Origin: Parasitella parasitica NRRL 2501
Taxonomy: Eukaryota; Fungi; Mucoromycota
NCBI GenBank assembly: GCA_025201805.1
Contig: MU619282.1
Location: 65,751-129,750, forward strand
Length of the DNA stretch: 64,000 nt
Direction: 5' to 3'
Below are positions 1 through 10,631 of the stretch, piece by piece; within the stretch, counting starts at the first letter, position 1, and each line of letters opens with the position of its first letter. The notes beneath the pieces are model-generated. The model saw nothing but the letters and a program-made list of their open reading frames with translations. It had not been told where the DNA came from and did not search any database. A program made the translations under genes and the position numbers.

Positions 1-67
1 TATACAATAGCGCAGTGAAAAGTAAATAATACATATACAATACAATTTTTTTTTTCTTTAAATAAAG

Positions 68-267
68 NNNNNNNNNNNNNNNNNNNNNNNNNNNNNNNNN
101 NNNNNNNNNNNNNNNNNNNNNNNNNNNNNNNNNNNNNNNNNNNNNNNNNNNNNNNNNNNNNNNNNNNNNNNNNNNNNNNNNNNNNNNNNNNNNNNNNNNN
201 NNNNNNNNNNNNNNNNNNNNNNNNNNNNNNNNNNNNNNNNNNNNNNNNNNNNNNNNNNNNNNNNNNN
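68..267. other. Assembly gap (200 N); smaller 10-N gaps at 15507-15516 and 61071-61080
   Basis: Runs of N seen directly in the sequence. Confidence 0.99.
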
Positions 268-2384
268 ACATACCAAGCACGTCGTTCAAATTGGTAGAGT
301 GCATAGATTGCAATACCAGCAGAGATACCGATAAAGATGGCACCAGCAATACGAGACACATTGTCACCAAAGTTAAGCAGATTCAAAGCTACGGACAACA
401 GCAAGGCACAGAATTGGAGCCAGGCGATAAAAGTACGTTCATTAGAGAAGAACACCTTGGGCTCAACCTTGACCTTCTTGACAGGAATCTGGTTGTTGGG
501 GTTCTTGGGGTCCTTGATAAACATTGTGTTACTTTCAAACATCTTTTTGCCACCACCAGAGGAATCGCCTATATCTAATCGAATATCACCATTATTGAAA
601 TTGATTTCTTCACCAAGAACACCCGCTTCCTTGTCGTTGCGTTCAATGTTCTTTTGACGGAGTGGGCCATAGTTGAGCGGATCGTCACCTTTGACAACAA
701 GAGTAGATTGCATGCGATGCGGCTTGTTACCCCAGTTGGTGCTGTCGAGGCGGTTCACGCCACCCGCCATAAGGAGTTTCTGCGATGACGCACCACTGAA
801 CGTATCCGTACTATTTCCACCCAACGATGATTCATTCACCTTGTCCATTCGCAGTTGTTCGGCTTCCATTGCGCGGCGATATTGGCCATCGATGAGAGGC
901 TTGAATGACTGAGAACGAGTAAGGCCAAAGTTGGAAGAACGGGGCTTGCGAATATCAATTTCCATCTCTGACAGCCACCAAGGCAGCAATGGGATGCGAT
1001 CACGGAAGAGGTAAGATGCTCCGTGAAGATACTTGGAAAAACGAGGTACCTCGTGCACAAGGTGGGATTCCAGCAACTTTGCAAGCCAGGAAGGGGCCTT
1101 CTTTTTGGTCTTGGTTTCCAGCACTGCATAAGGGAAACGTAGGATCTCTGATTCCTCAAGATAGCTGAAGGGATAGTCAATGCCAACATCGGGACGTCTC
1201 CAGTCAGTGGGGCCTCTGCGAACAACGCCATTATAGTTGTCTTCGCGAATAAAGGTCAAGTCGTTATCTATGCTTATCCGCACACTGGGGTCATCGGGTA
1301 ATTGGAAAGCAGTATGGTTGTAAAAGATGCGGCAAACAGGCTTCAAATTCTTGTCGTTGATGGATTTCTGCACGCCTGAAGCGACAAACCTACAGTCGTC
1401 TACAAGCTTAGGATCTGCATCTTTGGCAGCAAGTCGATTTGCGAATTCGTCTGCTGTCAGAGCACCGCTGATGAATTTATGTATATCTTGGCTTGACATT
1501 TGGATACGGTCTTTTATAGATTTGCCATCCAGCCATTCGGCATGGTGTGTGCTACGTTCTACAAAGACCTCGGGGTTGGATGTGGGGCCGTGCCATTTGA
1601 ACCGAATTGCCTCGGCGCCTTCATCACGCTGCAAAAGACCTGTGTAGAGACCAAATTCGTCATTATCGACGTAGACGCTAGAGATGGCGGAATCGGAAGC
1701 CTCATAGCGCTTATCCTTGTTGTAAATAAAGACGGGCAGGTGGAGCATGATGATAGACTTGACCTCAGTGATATTGTCAGGATGGATCCAGTATTTGACA
1801 GCACCCTTATCGGTGGAAGAAGAGAGCGAGTCATTGCTGCTGCTATCGGCAACTGTGCGAGGCTTTCCACGCTGGCGGCAAAGATCATGCAAAGCTGAGA
1901 TAAATACAATGGCAACGTCAAATCTCTGCTTATCGAGCGGCTTGCTTCTAAGGTGCGGGATGAAGTCTTGTTTCTGCTGGAGGCCGGTCCATTTGTCGTG
2001 CTTCTTTATGATCTTTTGAAAGCCAGTGTAGTTTAGTCTGGTAAATTTGGCTAGGTCATTGACATCAAACAAGACCTCAGTCAATGCGTCATCCATGATT
2101 GTCCAATTCTGCTCTGAACTCCAAGTGGGATTGTCGATGAATGTCTGAATCGTGCGCTCGCAGTAACTGATCCTGGCCTCGACTTCGCCCAGTTTGGCCG
2201 ACACAAAATCATACACTTTCTCCAGCTCGTTCTCAAGCTTCTTTACGAATTCATCTTCGTCGTCTCCATTCCATTGATGATCAAGCTGACGAGACTTGAG
2301 TTCCTTTTTCAAGACATCATATGAAATGTACGATAATCTCCAAGGAGGGAAAATTTCTTTCTGCAGGTGTTCACCGAATTTCAT
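268..2384 (-). CDS. Vtc4-like SPX-VTC-DUF202 protein, paralog A (catalytic tunnel residues degenerate; 3' end lost in the N gap)
   Basis: Manual translation from ATG at 2384: MKFGEHLQKEIFPPWRLSYISYDVLKKELK (SPX), KYWIHPDNITEVK...AEAIRFKWHG...WRRPDVGIDYPF...EVPRFSKYLHG (VTC), KVEPKVFFSNERTFIAWLQF (DUF202). Open frame of ~700 codons to a probable GTATGT donor at 273. Not in the ORF track. Confidence 0.93.
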
Positions 2385-3225
2385 CTTTGCAAATGTAACA
2401 AACAAAAATATGGAAAAGGAGTGAGATAGAGGAAAAAGATGACAAAAAAAAAAGAAAAAAAAACTTTCAATTGTAATGATGATGAATAGAACATTGGTTT
2501 CGGCCTTTTATCGTTATATAAAAATAACTTGGCCTTCCCTATTCCAACAAAACGCCATTAATAGATTATGCCCAAGTGGTTGATTTAGCTGACCGAGGCT
2601 TGGTACATGGCCAATTAACAGACCTCCCAAAGCTGTTTTTGTTGAGTCGGTTAAAGCGAAACACCGAGGGTACTTTTTAATTCAAAAAAAAAAACAAAAA
2701 AAAAATTCATGTAACTCCATTTGAAAATAAATCGCTGAAATTATATAAAATTCTTGCTATTGACAAATGTTTTGACAAGCCAGAATCTTGTTACAGTCAA
2801 AGAAACTACGTTGGGCCAGTTGAGAAAAAATTGGGGTGGTTTTAAAATTGAATTTGGACACCAGTATGGAAGTGGTGAAAGTGGAACACCGGTATGAAAG
2901 TGAGACACCAACACGAAAATGGAACAGCAATAAGCAAATGGGGATATGTTGAGATACATCTAGTTTTTGTGCAAATGGGTAAAGAAGAAGACGCGGCGAT
3001 CTTGTTCCATTTAACAAGAAAAGCAGCAGGTAGACTATGAGAATTTTGTGATGAATATTTAAATCGTACCAGTAAATCCAACATTGTCGAGGTTTATGCC
3101 GCAATTACTGACATTAGCGAATTTTCAAATATATTTTTTAGCCATTGTATATATGTTTATTAGTATATAAATGATACCAAGTGAAGGGTATGAATGAAAA
3201 AATATATATAAAAGTAGAAGTACAT

Positions 3226-5754
3226 TTAAATATTTGAAGAGGAAGTAGTAGAGCCTGTATTATTGACACCTAAATAGTTGTTTTCCTGAGCAGGGCTATT
3301 GAATCTCAAAGCAAAATTAAGCTGTACAATGAACGTTAGCACCAAACTACATGAAAATCAATAACGTCAACTTACCACTAAAGCGCCTACTAATAGAATA
3401 CATAGAAATACAGGGCCATAAATGTCGTCGAAACGCAGATCAGGCAGTTTACGAATGCGATATGAACGCCATCTGTAGAATCCAAAAGCATAGAGAGCAA
3501 AGATCATTGAAATACCAAAAAAGACGGCACCAACAATTTTGTTGACGCCATCGCCAAAGTTCATGAGAGTCAACGCAGCAGAAAGGATGATGGCGGAAAA
3601 ATGAAGCCAGTGGATAAACGTACGTTCGTTAGCAAAGAACACCTTGGGCTCAATACGGGCACCACCGCCCGCTTTATCCTTCTTGGTTTTCTTTTTCTTC
3701 TTTTCATTTGTTTCTTCGCCTGAAGTTCCTTCTTCCAGGGCGCTAATGTCTTCGTCGAAATAAGCATTGAGCCGAGCCTCTTCTCCTAGCTTATCGGAAG
3801 ACATACGTTTCTCGTTTTGTACGTAGGAGGAGCGTGGCGTTTGTTTTCCACTCATTAGGAATTCAGTAGAAGATGTATCGAGATAATCGTGGCGGCGGCT
3901 GTCAGAACGGTTACGAGACATAGAGCCAGAGCCAGTGTAGGAGTCATGAGCTCCTAGTGTTAGATTATCGTATGAAATATCGTGCTGGGACCAAATGGGG
4001 TCATCGAATGGATTACTGCCTGTTTTGCTCGCGTTAAGAGATTCAGCGGTGGGGGATGGTGCGGGAGATGCACGTGTTAATGGCGCAGTGCCTCCTGATG
4101 GGGCGTTTTCACTGCTGCGAGGCATCTTGGTTGACCGAGTTGACATGCCTCGAATCAAGGCAGTGGGCTTTTTGTTGGCGCTAGGGGCGCGTTTCAAAGT
4201 AGAAGAGCGTTCCAGTTGTGATTCAAGATAACCCATACGGTATTTGCCGTCAATCAGAGGTTTGAGACTCTTGGATCGTGACAAACCAGTGAAGTTGCCC
4301 GTGGGCTGTTTAGCATTGCGAATGTCCAGTTTCAATTCATTCAGCCACCACGGCAAAAGAGGCAAACGAGGGTTCCAAAAGAAGGCAGCGCCTTGCAAAA
4401 ACTTTGAAAAGCGGGGGACTTCATAGACAAGCTGCGATTCTAAAAGGCGGGTAAGCCATTGGGGAGGCTCTTGGCCGAGATGGGTCTGTAATTTAGTCTC
4501 AAGCACTGCGTAAGGAAACTTGTAAACCTCGGCAGGGTTCAAGTTATTAAACGGATAATCTATACCCATATCGGGCCGACGCCAGGCGCCTCCTCGTCTC
4601 TCACTGAAGCCATCTTCACGAACAAAGGTTAAGTCTGTATCCAGAGAAAGACGAAGACGTTGGTCACCCGGCACTTGGAATGCGGTACGGTTATAAAACA
4701 CACGCATGACAGGCTCGAGGCGCTTTTCCATGAGGGATTTCTGAACACCGGAAGCAATAAAGTAGTTGGCCTTGACCACATCCTCAGGAGTGCCCTTGTC
4801 TCTCAGCTCTTGAGCGTATTGATCGGCAGTGTAGGTACCAGCAACGTAGGCATCTACCTTGCTAGCATCTATGCGGAATCTGTCTTTGACGGAGGCGCCA
4901 TCTAACCAGGGAGCATGATGCGTTTTTCGCTCAATAAAGATGCTATTGGAGTTCATCGGGCCATACCAGCGGAAACGGATAGCTTCAGCAGCTTCGTCTC
5001 TTTGAAGGCGGCCTTGATAGAGATCAAAATCGGGATTATCAAAATAGACGCTTGAAATAGCACTGTCCTCGGGCTCAATGGGCTTGTTAGTATTGAATAC
5101 AAGGACAGGTAAATGAAACAAGAGAATGGCCTTTAGCTCTGTTACATTGTCAGGGTGGATCCAATATTTGGCAGTAGCACGTTCAAAGGCATTTTGGTCC
5201 AAGCCAGCAGCAGCATTGCCTGATCTTGCTTCGCCATGCAGTTGGCAGAGATCATGAAGTGTTGATATTTTGACGAGAGCCACATCAAATCTCTGTCGGT
5301 CCAATGATTTTGAGCGAATGATGTCGACAAACAGAGGCTGAGCATTGTATTTTGTGTATTTGTCATGTTTTTTGATCAGCTTCTGCAGAGCCAAAAAGTT
5401 GTAGCGAGTAAATTTGGAGAGATCGTTCAAATCCATCAGAATTTCGGTTAAAGCATCATCGGTCGAGTCGTACAGGCTTTTTGCTACCGAGGGCGAAATG
5501 TTTTTGCTTTGGTGGGTCAGGGTCCTTTCGCAATAGGCCAGGCGAGACTCGATCTCTCGCTGCTTTCTGTTGATAAAGAAATCAATCTTGTCTGCCTCCA
5601 AGCGTATGGCAGTTTCAAAGTCTCTTTCGTCAGAGGCGTTCCATTCATGGTCGTTTTGCCGCTCGATCATATCCTGTTTGATGTCATCGTAGGCAATGTA
5701 CTCTAGCCGCCATGGCTCGTATATGTTTTTCTGCAGTTCCTGGCCAAATTTCAT
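3226..5754 (-). CDS. VTC4: Vacuolar transporter chaperone 4, polyphosphate polymerase (SPX-VTC-DUF202), paralog B
   Basis: ORF 3367..5754 with MKFG SPX start, FERATAKYWIH, IRFRWYG, ERKTHH, YNRTAFQ, FSKF and EPKVFFANERTF. Intron 3375-3322 (GTAAGT...GCTAAC...TACAG) leads to a last exon LNFALRF...SNI*, stop at 3226. Confidence 0.95.
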
Positions 5755-7298
5755 TTGTAAATGTGAAGCTAAACAAAAAAGAAAGAAAAGAAACAGTAAT
5801 TTGAGGCGCTTTATTTTTTGAGGAGTGTTATATTTTTAGGAACATCCGCACACTCTGTGTGCTATAATCAACAACATCGTGTGGTCTCACCTGGTATTTA
5901 GTACTCTCAATGATCCCAACATCGGGCATTCAAACTATTTACATTCATTAATAATATACATTCATTATTTATCCTGATGGTAGCAGCCACCCACAAGAAG
6001 AGAGACACTTGATTCTTCCCTGTATTCTGTGTTACAAACAGCGTGGTGCTGAGTGTAATATTCCGTTTGGACAAGATGATTTTTGTAGTATTTTGGGACA
6101 AACTACCTAAAGTGAAACTGATATGTAAGGATAACGTCTAACTTTAGCCAAACTCTTTGTCAATGCCCTCATCCCAGAACGTCTCAGCATGCTTAATCCA
6201 AGCTTGACAATCCCTGAACCAAAACTGATACAGAAGGTCTACTGTCTTCTCACTCTGATCTGAAAGGTACAAGAAGCGTCTAACGAACCATTGCCTTTGC
6301 CTTGCCTCGTCTCGCCTCGACAAGATCTTCAACTTTCGTCAATGGGCCAAGTCAACAATCCCGGGTTTTGCTCCTGTCGAGTGTAAGACTCGTGGCAAGA
6401 AAGGAGGAGAATATTCATTTTTCATGAATAAGCCCTCCGAATACCAGAAGCACTTGGGCGGCTACTTTTGGCTTGACAAAACAAATTGACAGCACTCTTC
6501 AGGATGATACGCCAAACTGCTGCTTGGATTTGAATCTTGGTGAAAAATGGTGATTTAGTGATTTGAGTTTGGGTATCTTAGGCAGCACATACCTCTCAAG
6601 TATCCGAACTGCAGCCCTTCCGCGCTTCTGTCAAGAAGGCAGTGGCGATATCATGAAACTCAGTATTGGAGGGACCGATACATTGAAACGGGGAGCATAG
6701 TGATCCCCAGAGCAACGCGGGAAAGACCAGCGAGACCTATGGATACTGCAGTCTCAAATGACGTTGTTTATGCAGTTAAAGACAAACTACTTATTTAGTT
6801 GAATTTCAGGATAGAGTCAGTAGTGATCAATTAAAAGCTATACCCAATCGTCCTTAGCTCTGTCATCAAAGGATTTTCAGATGTTGAAATGGAGGAAGAG
6901 CACGGTTCCTGATGTAAAAGAGTATCTAAAAATGAGAAAACTGATTCAATTTTCTTGTTATAAATTTAAATAAAGTGATGGCCAAACGAAATATCAACTA
7001 CCTGCAAGTTAGTGATCCTCTTTGGCACAATCATTGCACTGATTAAAAATAGTATGTTAGTCTCAAACAGCTCAGCCACCTTGGGCCTGTTTACACTTGT
7101 ATCAAACCTAGTAAAATACTTCTAAGCTTCCTAAATGCCATCATTTAAGCCATTTATACTAGAGGATCAAGCTTTGTTTGTGCCATACATTACAGCAACA
7201 CAAATCTTTTTCGATCAGTACACATCTCGATTAAGAGCTTTTTAAAGTAATTAATTTTATTTTTCAAATTTTCATCAGATTAAATTTGAATGTAAACA

Positions 7299-7300
<2 letters not shown>

Positions 7301-7365
<65 letters not shown>
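7301..7365. repeat. Poly(T) tract of 65 nt upstream of transportin; similar tracts at ~15456-15506, 38645-38709 and 52528-52589
   Basis: Homopolymer runs seen directly; exact lengths may be assembly artefacts. Confidence 0.9.
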
Positions 7366-7366
<1 letters not shown>

Positions 7367-7569
7367 ATATTTTCAGTTGATAGCCTATTTTATTTCTTTT
7401 ATATATTGTCAAGAAAAAAGTAAACTAGGCAAGGCTTCATCATCGTGTTTTTGGCTCATCAAAACAGGTAAGCTGAAAAAAAATTTATTTTTTGAAAAAA
7501 ATTGACTCTTTTCCCTCTTTTTCCTTGTTTCGTTCTTTGTTCTCTTATAACACCATAAAAGAATTACAA

Positions 7570-10483
7570 ATGAGTAGCTGGCAACCTTCTGCTCAAGGCC
7601 TTTCCGACCTTTTACAACTTTTACGTGAAGCCATCAACCCCACCGATAACCAAAATGTGCAAAAGGTAACCATGATTCCAACATGCAAACAGAAATACAG
7701 ACTAAAAATCATACGCAGAAACTCGAATACTTTAACGAAATCCCTGACTACAACAACTATTTAGTCTACATTCTGACCCAAATGCCCCAAGAAGACCAGT
7801 ATATCCGCTCTGTGGCTGGCTTGACTCTTAAAAACAATATCCGGTCTTACTATGCTAATATTCAACCTGCAGTGCTCGATTACGTAAAAGAGTGCTGTCT
7901 TGCGCATATTGGCGATACTGCTGTCGGCAAGCCTGTCAGCTTGGTCATAGCTTCTATCGTCCAATCCGGCAATATTCAAAATTGGCCTCAAGTGCTCGAA
8001 GTCTTGCTGGCGAAACTGGATGATCCTAACCTCACTATGGTCGAAGTAAATATCGAGAACCGCCTACCCAGCGTCTGTAGTGTGTACTAATGTAGCATGT
8101 ATTGTATTAGAACGCGTTTAGCACCTTCCAGAAGGTTTGCGAAGACTCTCCCCGCGACATTGATAACACTATCAATAATGCAAAACCCTTGGATTTCATG
8201 ATTCCTAAATTCATTCACTTTTTCAACCACCCTGAAGCAAAGATTCGTTTGAATGCAATTACCTGTGCTTCTCAATTTATTACACTTCGTTCAGAGCCGC
8301 TGATGACGAGGATAAACGATTTTTTAGCAGCCCTTTTCAACAGAGCCACAGATGATAATATCGATATTCGCAAGGCCGTGTGTCAAGCCCTAGTCAGTCT
8401 TTTGGAGGCCTCCCCTCAAGTTCTTTTGCCTCATATGCCTAATTTAGTCGATTACATGCTTTTCTGCACTCAATCGGAGGACAGTGATCTTGCTCTCGAG
8501 GCTTGTGAATTTTGGCTCGTCTTTGCAGAGCAGGATGAGCTACGTGATCAGCTCCGTCCTTACCTACATAAAGTCGTTCCAGTCTTGCTCAAGGGCATGG
8601 TTTACTCTGAAATTGACCTTATGACTCTGGGTGGTGATGAAGATGATGCTCATATTGCCGATGACGAGCAAGACATCAAGCCTCGTTTCCACAAGGCCAA
8701 TGTTGTCGAAAACGAACTCACTACAAAGGAGGGTGAATCTGCTAATGCCGAGAAAAAGAAGAGCGGGTTGCTCGAAGACGACTCAGATGTGGATGATGAT
8801 GATGAGGAGGATGACGACTATGACGAATTTGAAGACGACGAGTTTTATGGAGAGTGGAATCTGCGAAAGTGTAGTGCTGCTACTCTTGATGTGCTGTGTA
8901 CTTCTTTTGAAACCGAAGTTATCCACATCCTGATTCCACTTTTGAAGCACGAGCTCGAGAGCTCCGACTGGCTTCATAGAGAATGCGGCATCTTGGCTCT
9001 TGGTGCCGCTGCCGAGGGCGGCATGCAAGAAATTGCTCCTCATCTCCCTGAGCTTGTGCCTTACTTGCTAAGTAATTTGAGAGACCCCAAGGTAATGTGC
9101 GATACAGGCAGATAGGAAACAGGCAATTAATGCTTCTAGTAGCCTCTTGTTAGATCCATCACATGCTGGACTCTTGGCAGATATTGCGGTTGGATCGTCC
9201 AAAGTGCGAAACAAAGCCCAGAAGCTCGTCAACATTTTCTGGAGCCTCTTACCCAGATTCTTCTGCAACTCATTTTAGACAACAATAAGCGTGTGCAAGA
9301 AGCCGCCTGTTCATCTTTCTCGTTGCTTGAAGAAGAAGCTGGCATGGATTTGGTGCCTTATCTTCAGCCTGTTCTCACAACGCTCTCTGCCGCATTCACC
9401 AAATACCAGCACAGAAATCTGCTACTTCTTTACGATACTGTCGGCACTCTGGCTGATGTTGTTGGTGAGACTCTAAACAACCCTCAGTACATTGATGTCA
9501 TCATGCCGCCTCTCATCAACAAATGGCAAGAAATATCAGACGATAGCACCGATTTGTTCCCATTATTAGAATGCCTTTCATCCGTCACAACTGCCTTAGG
9601 TAAGGGATTCAAGCCTTTTGCTGAACCTGTTTATTCTCGCTGTATTGTCCTTGTTTGCAAAACTTTGGAAGAGTGCCGCTTAAGCCGTATGGATTCTTCT
9701 CTGGAGGAGCCTGATAAGGACTTTATGATTGTTGCTTTAGATTTGCTGTCTGGTATTGTCCAAGCGCTCAACACGGATGCCGAACCCCTAGTGGCAAGCA
9801 CCAACCCTCCAATTGTTCAACTCTTGTCTCTCTGTATCAATGATGAGGTTGCTGAAGTGCGTCAATCTACATATGCGCTTTTAGGCGATCTCGCCATTTC
9901 TTGTTTCGAGCATATTCGTGCCGTTGTTCCTCAATTCATGCCCTCATTACTTGAACAGATCAATCCTCGTGCTGAGCATTTGTCTGTATGCAACAATGCC
10001 ACTTGGGCTGCTGGTGAGATTGCTCTTAAATGGGGCGCTGAAATCAGAGAATATGTAGAGCCCTTGCTACAGCGTCTATTCCCTCTCATGGCTAATCCTC
10101 AAATACAACGTACTTTGTTAGAGAACGTTGCCATTACAATTGGTCGTCTTGGTCTTGTTTGCCCCGACATAGTTGCCCCCCATCTCGAGATGTTTATTCA
10201 ACCTTGGTTAACTGCTCTTACACCTATTCGCAACAATGAAGAAAAATCCTCTGCTTTCTGTGGCTTATGTGAGATGATCAAGGTCAATCCCCAAGGAGCA
10301 GTTAAGGAGTTCCCAGCTTTCTGTACTGCCGTTGCAAACTATCAAAACGTTACACCTGTTTTACACGAAGCTTTTGGCAATATTCTGATGGGTTATAAGA
10401 ACATGTTTGGTGCTCAATGGCAACAAATGACATTAATGCCACCAGAAGTTAAAGCTCTTTTGCAAGAGCGTTATGGTATTTGA
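7570..10483 (+). CDS. KAP104: Transportin-1 / importin beta-2 (HEAT repeats), 4 exons
   Basis: MSSWQP...; PDYNNYLVYIL...RSVAGLTLKNN; ALEACEFWL; acidic H8 loop followed by WNLRKCSAATLDVL; KRVQEAACS; SVCNNATWAAGEIA; LLENVAITIGRLG; ends LQERYGI. GT-AG introns join ORFs 7683, 8189 and 9293. Confidence 0.95.
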
Positions 10484-10631
10484 AAATCTTGAAAAGAAAA
10501 TAAATAAATAAATAATAAAGGAATCTCTCTCGTCATACATATTGTATACAAATGTGAGCTATTGTAAGCCTTTCACGCTGCAAATTTACACTGAATGTAG
10601 GAGTAAACAGAAGTAAAAATCGATCCACATA

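Noticed and set aside
291-2019. Several short ORFs in the track on both strands
   Set aside because: They are antisense or off-frame shadows of the long VTC paralog A reading frame (2384 to 268).
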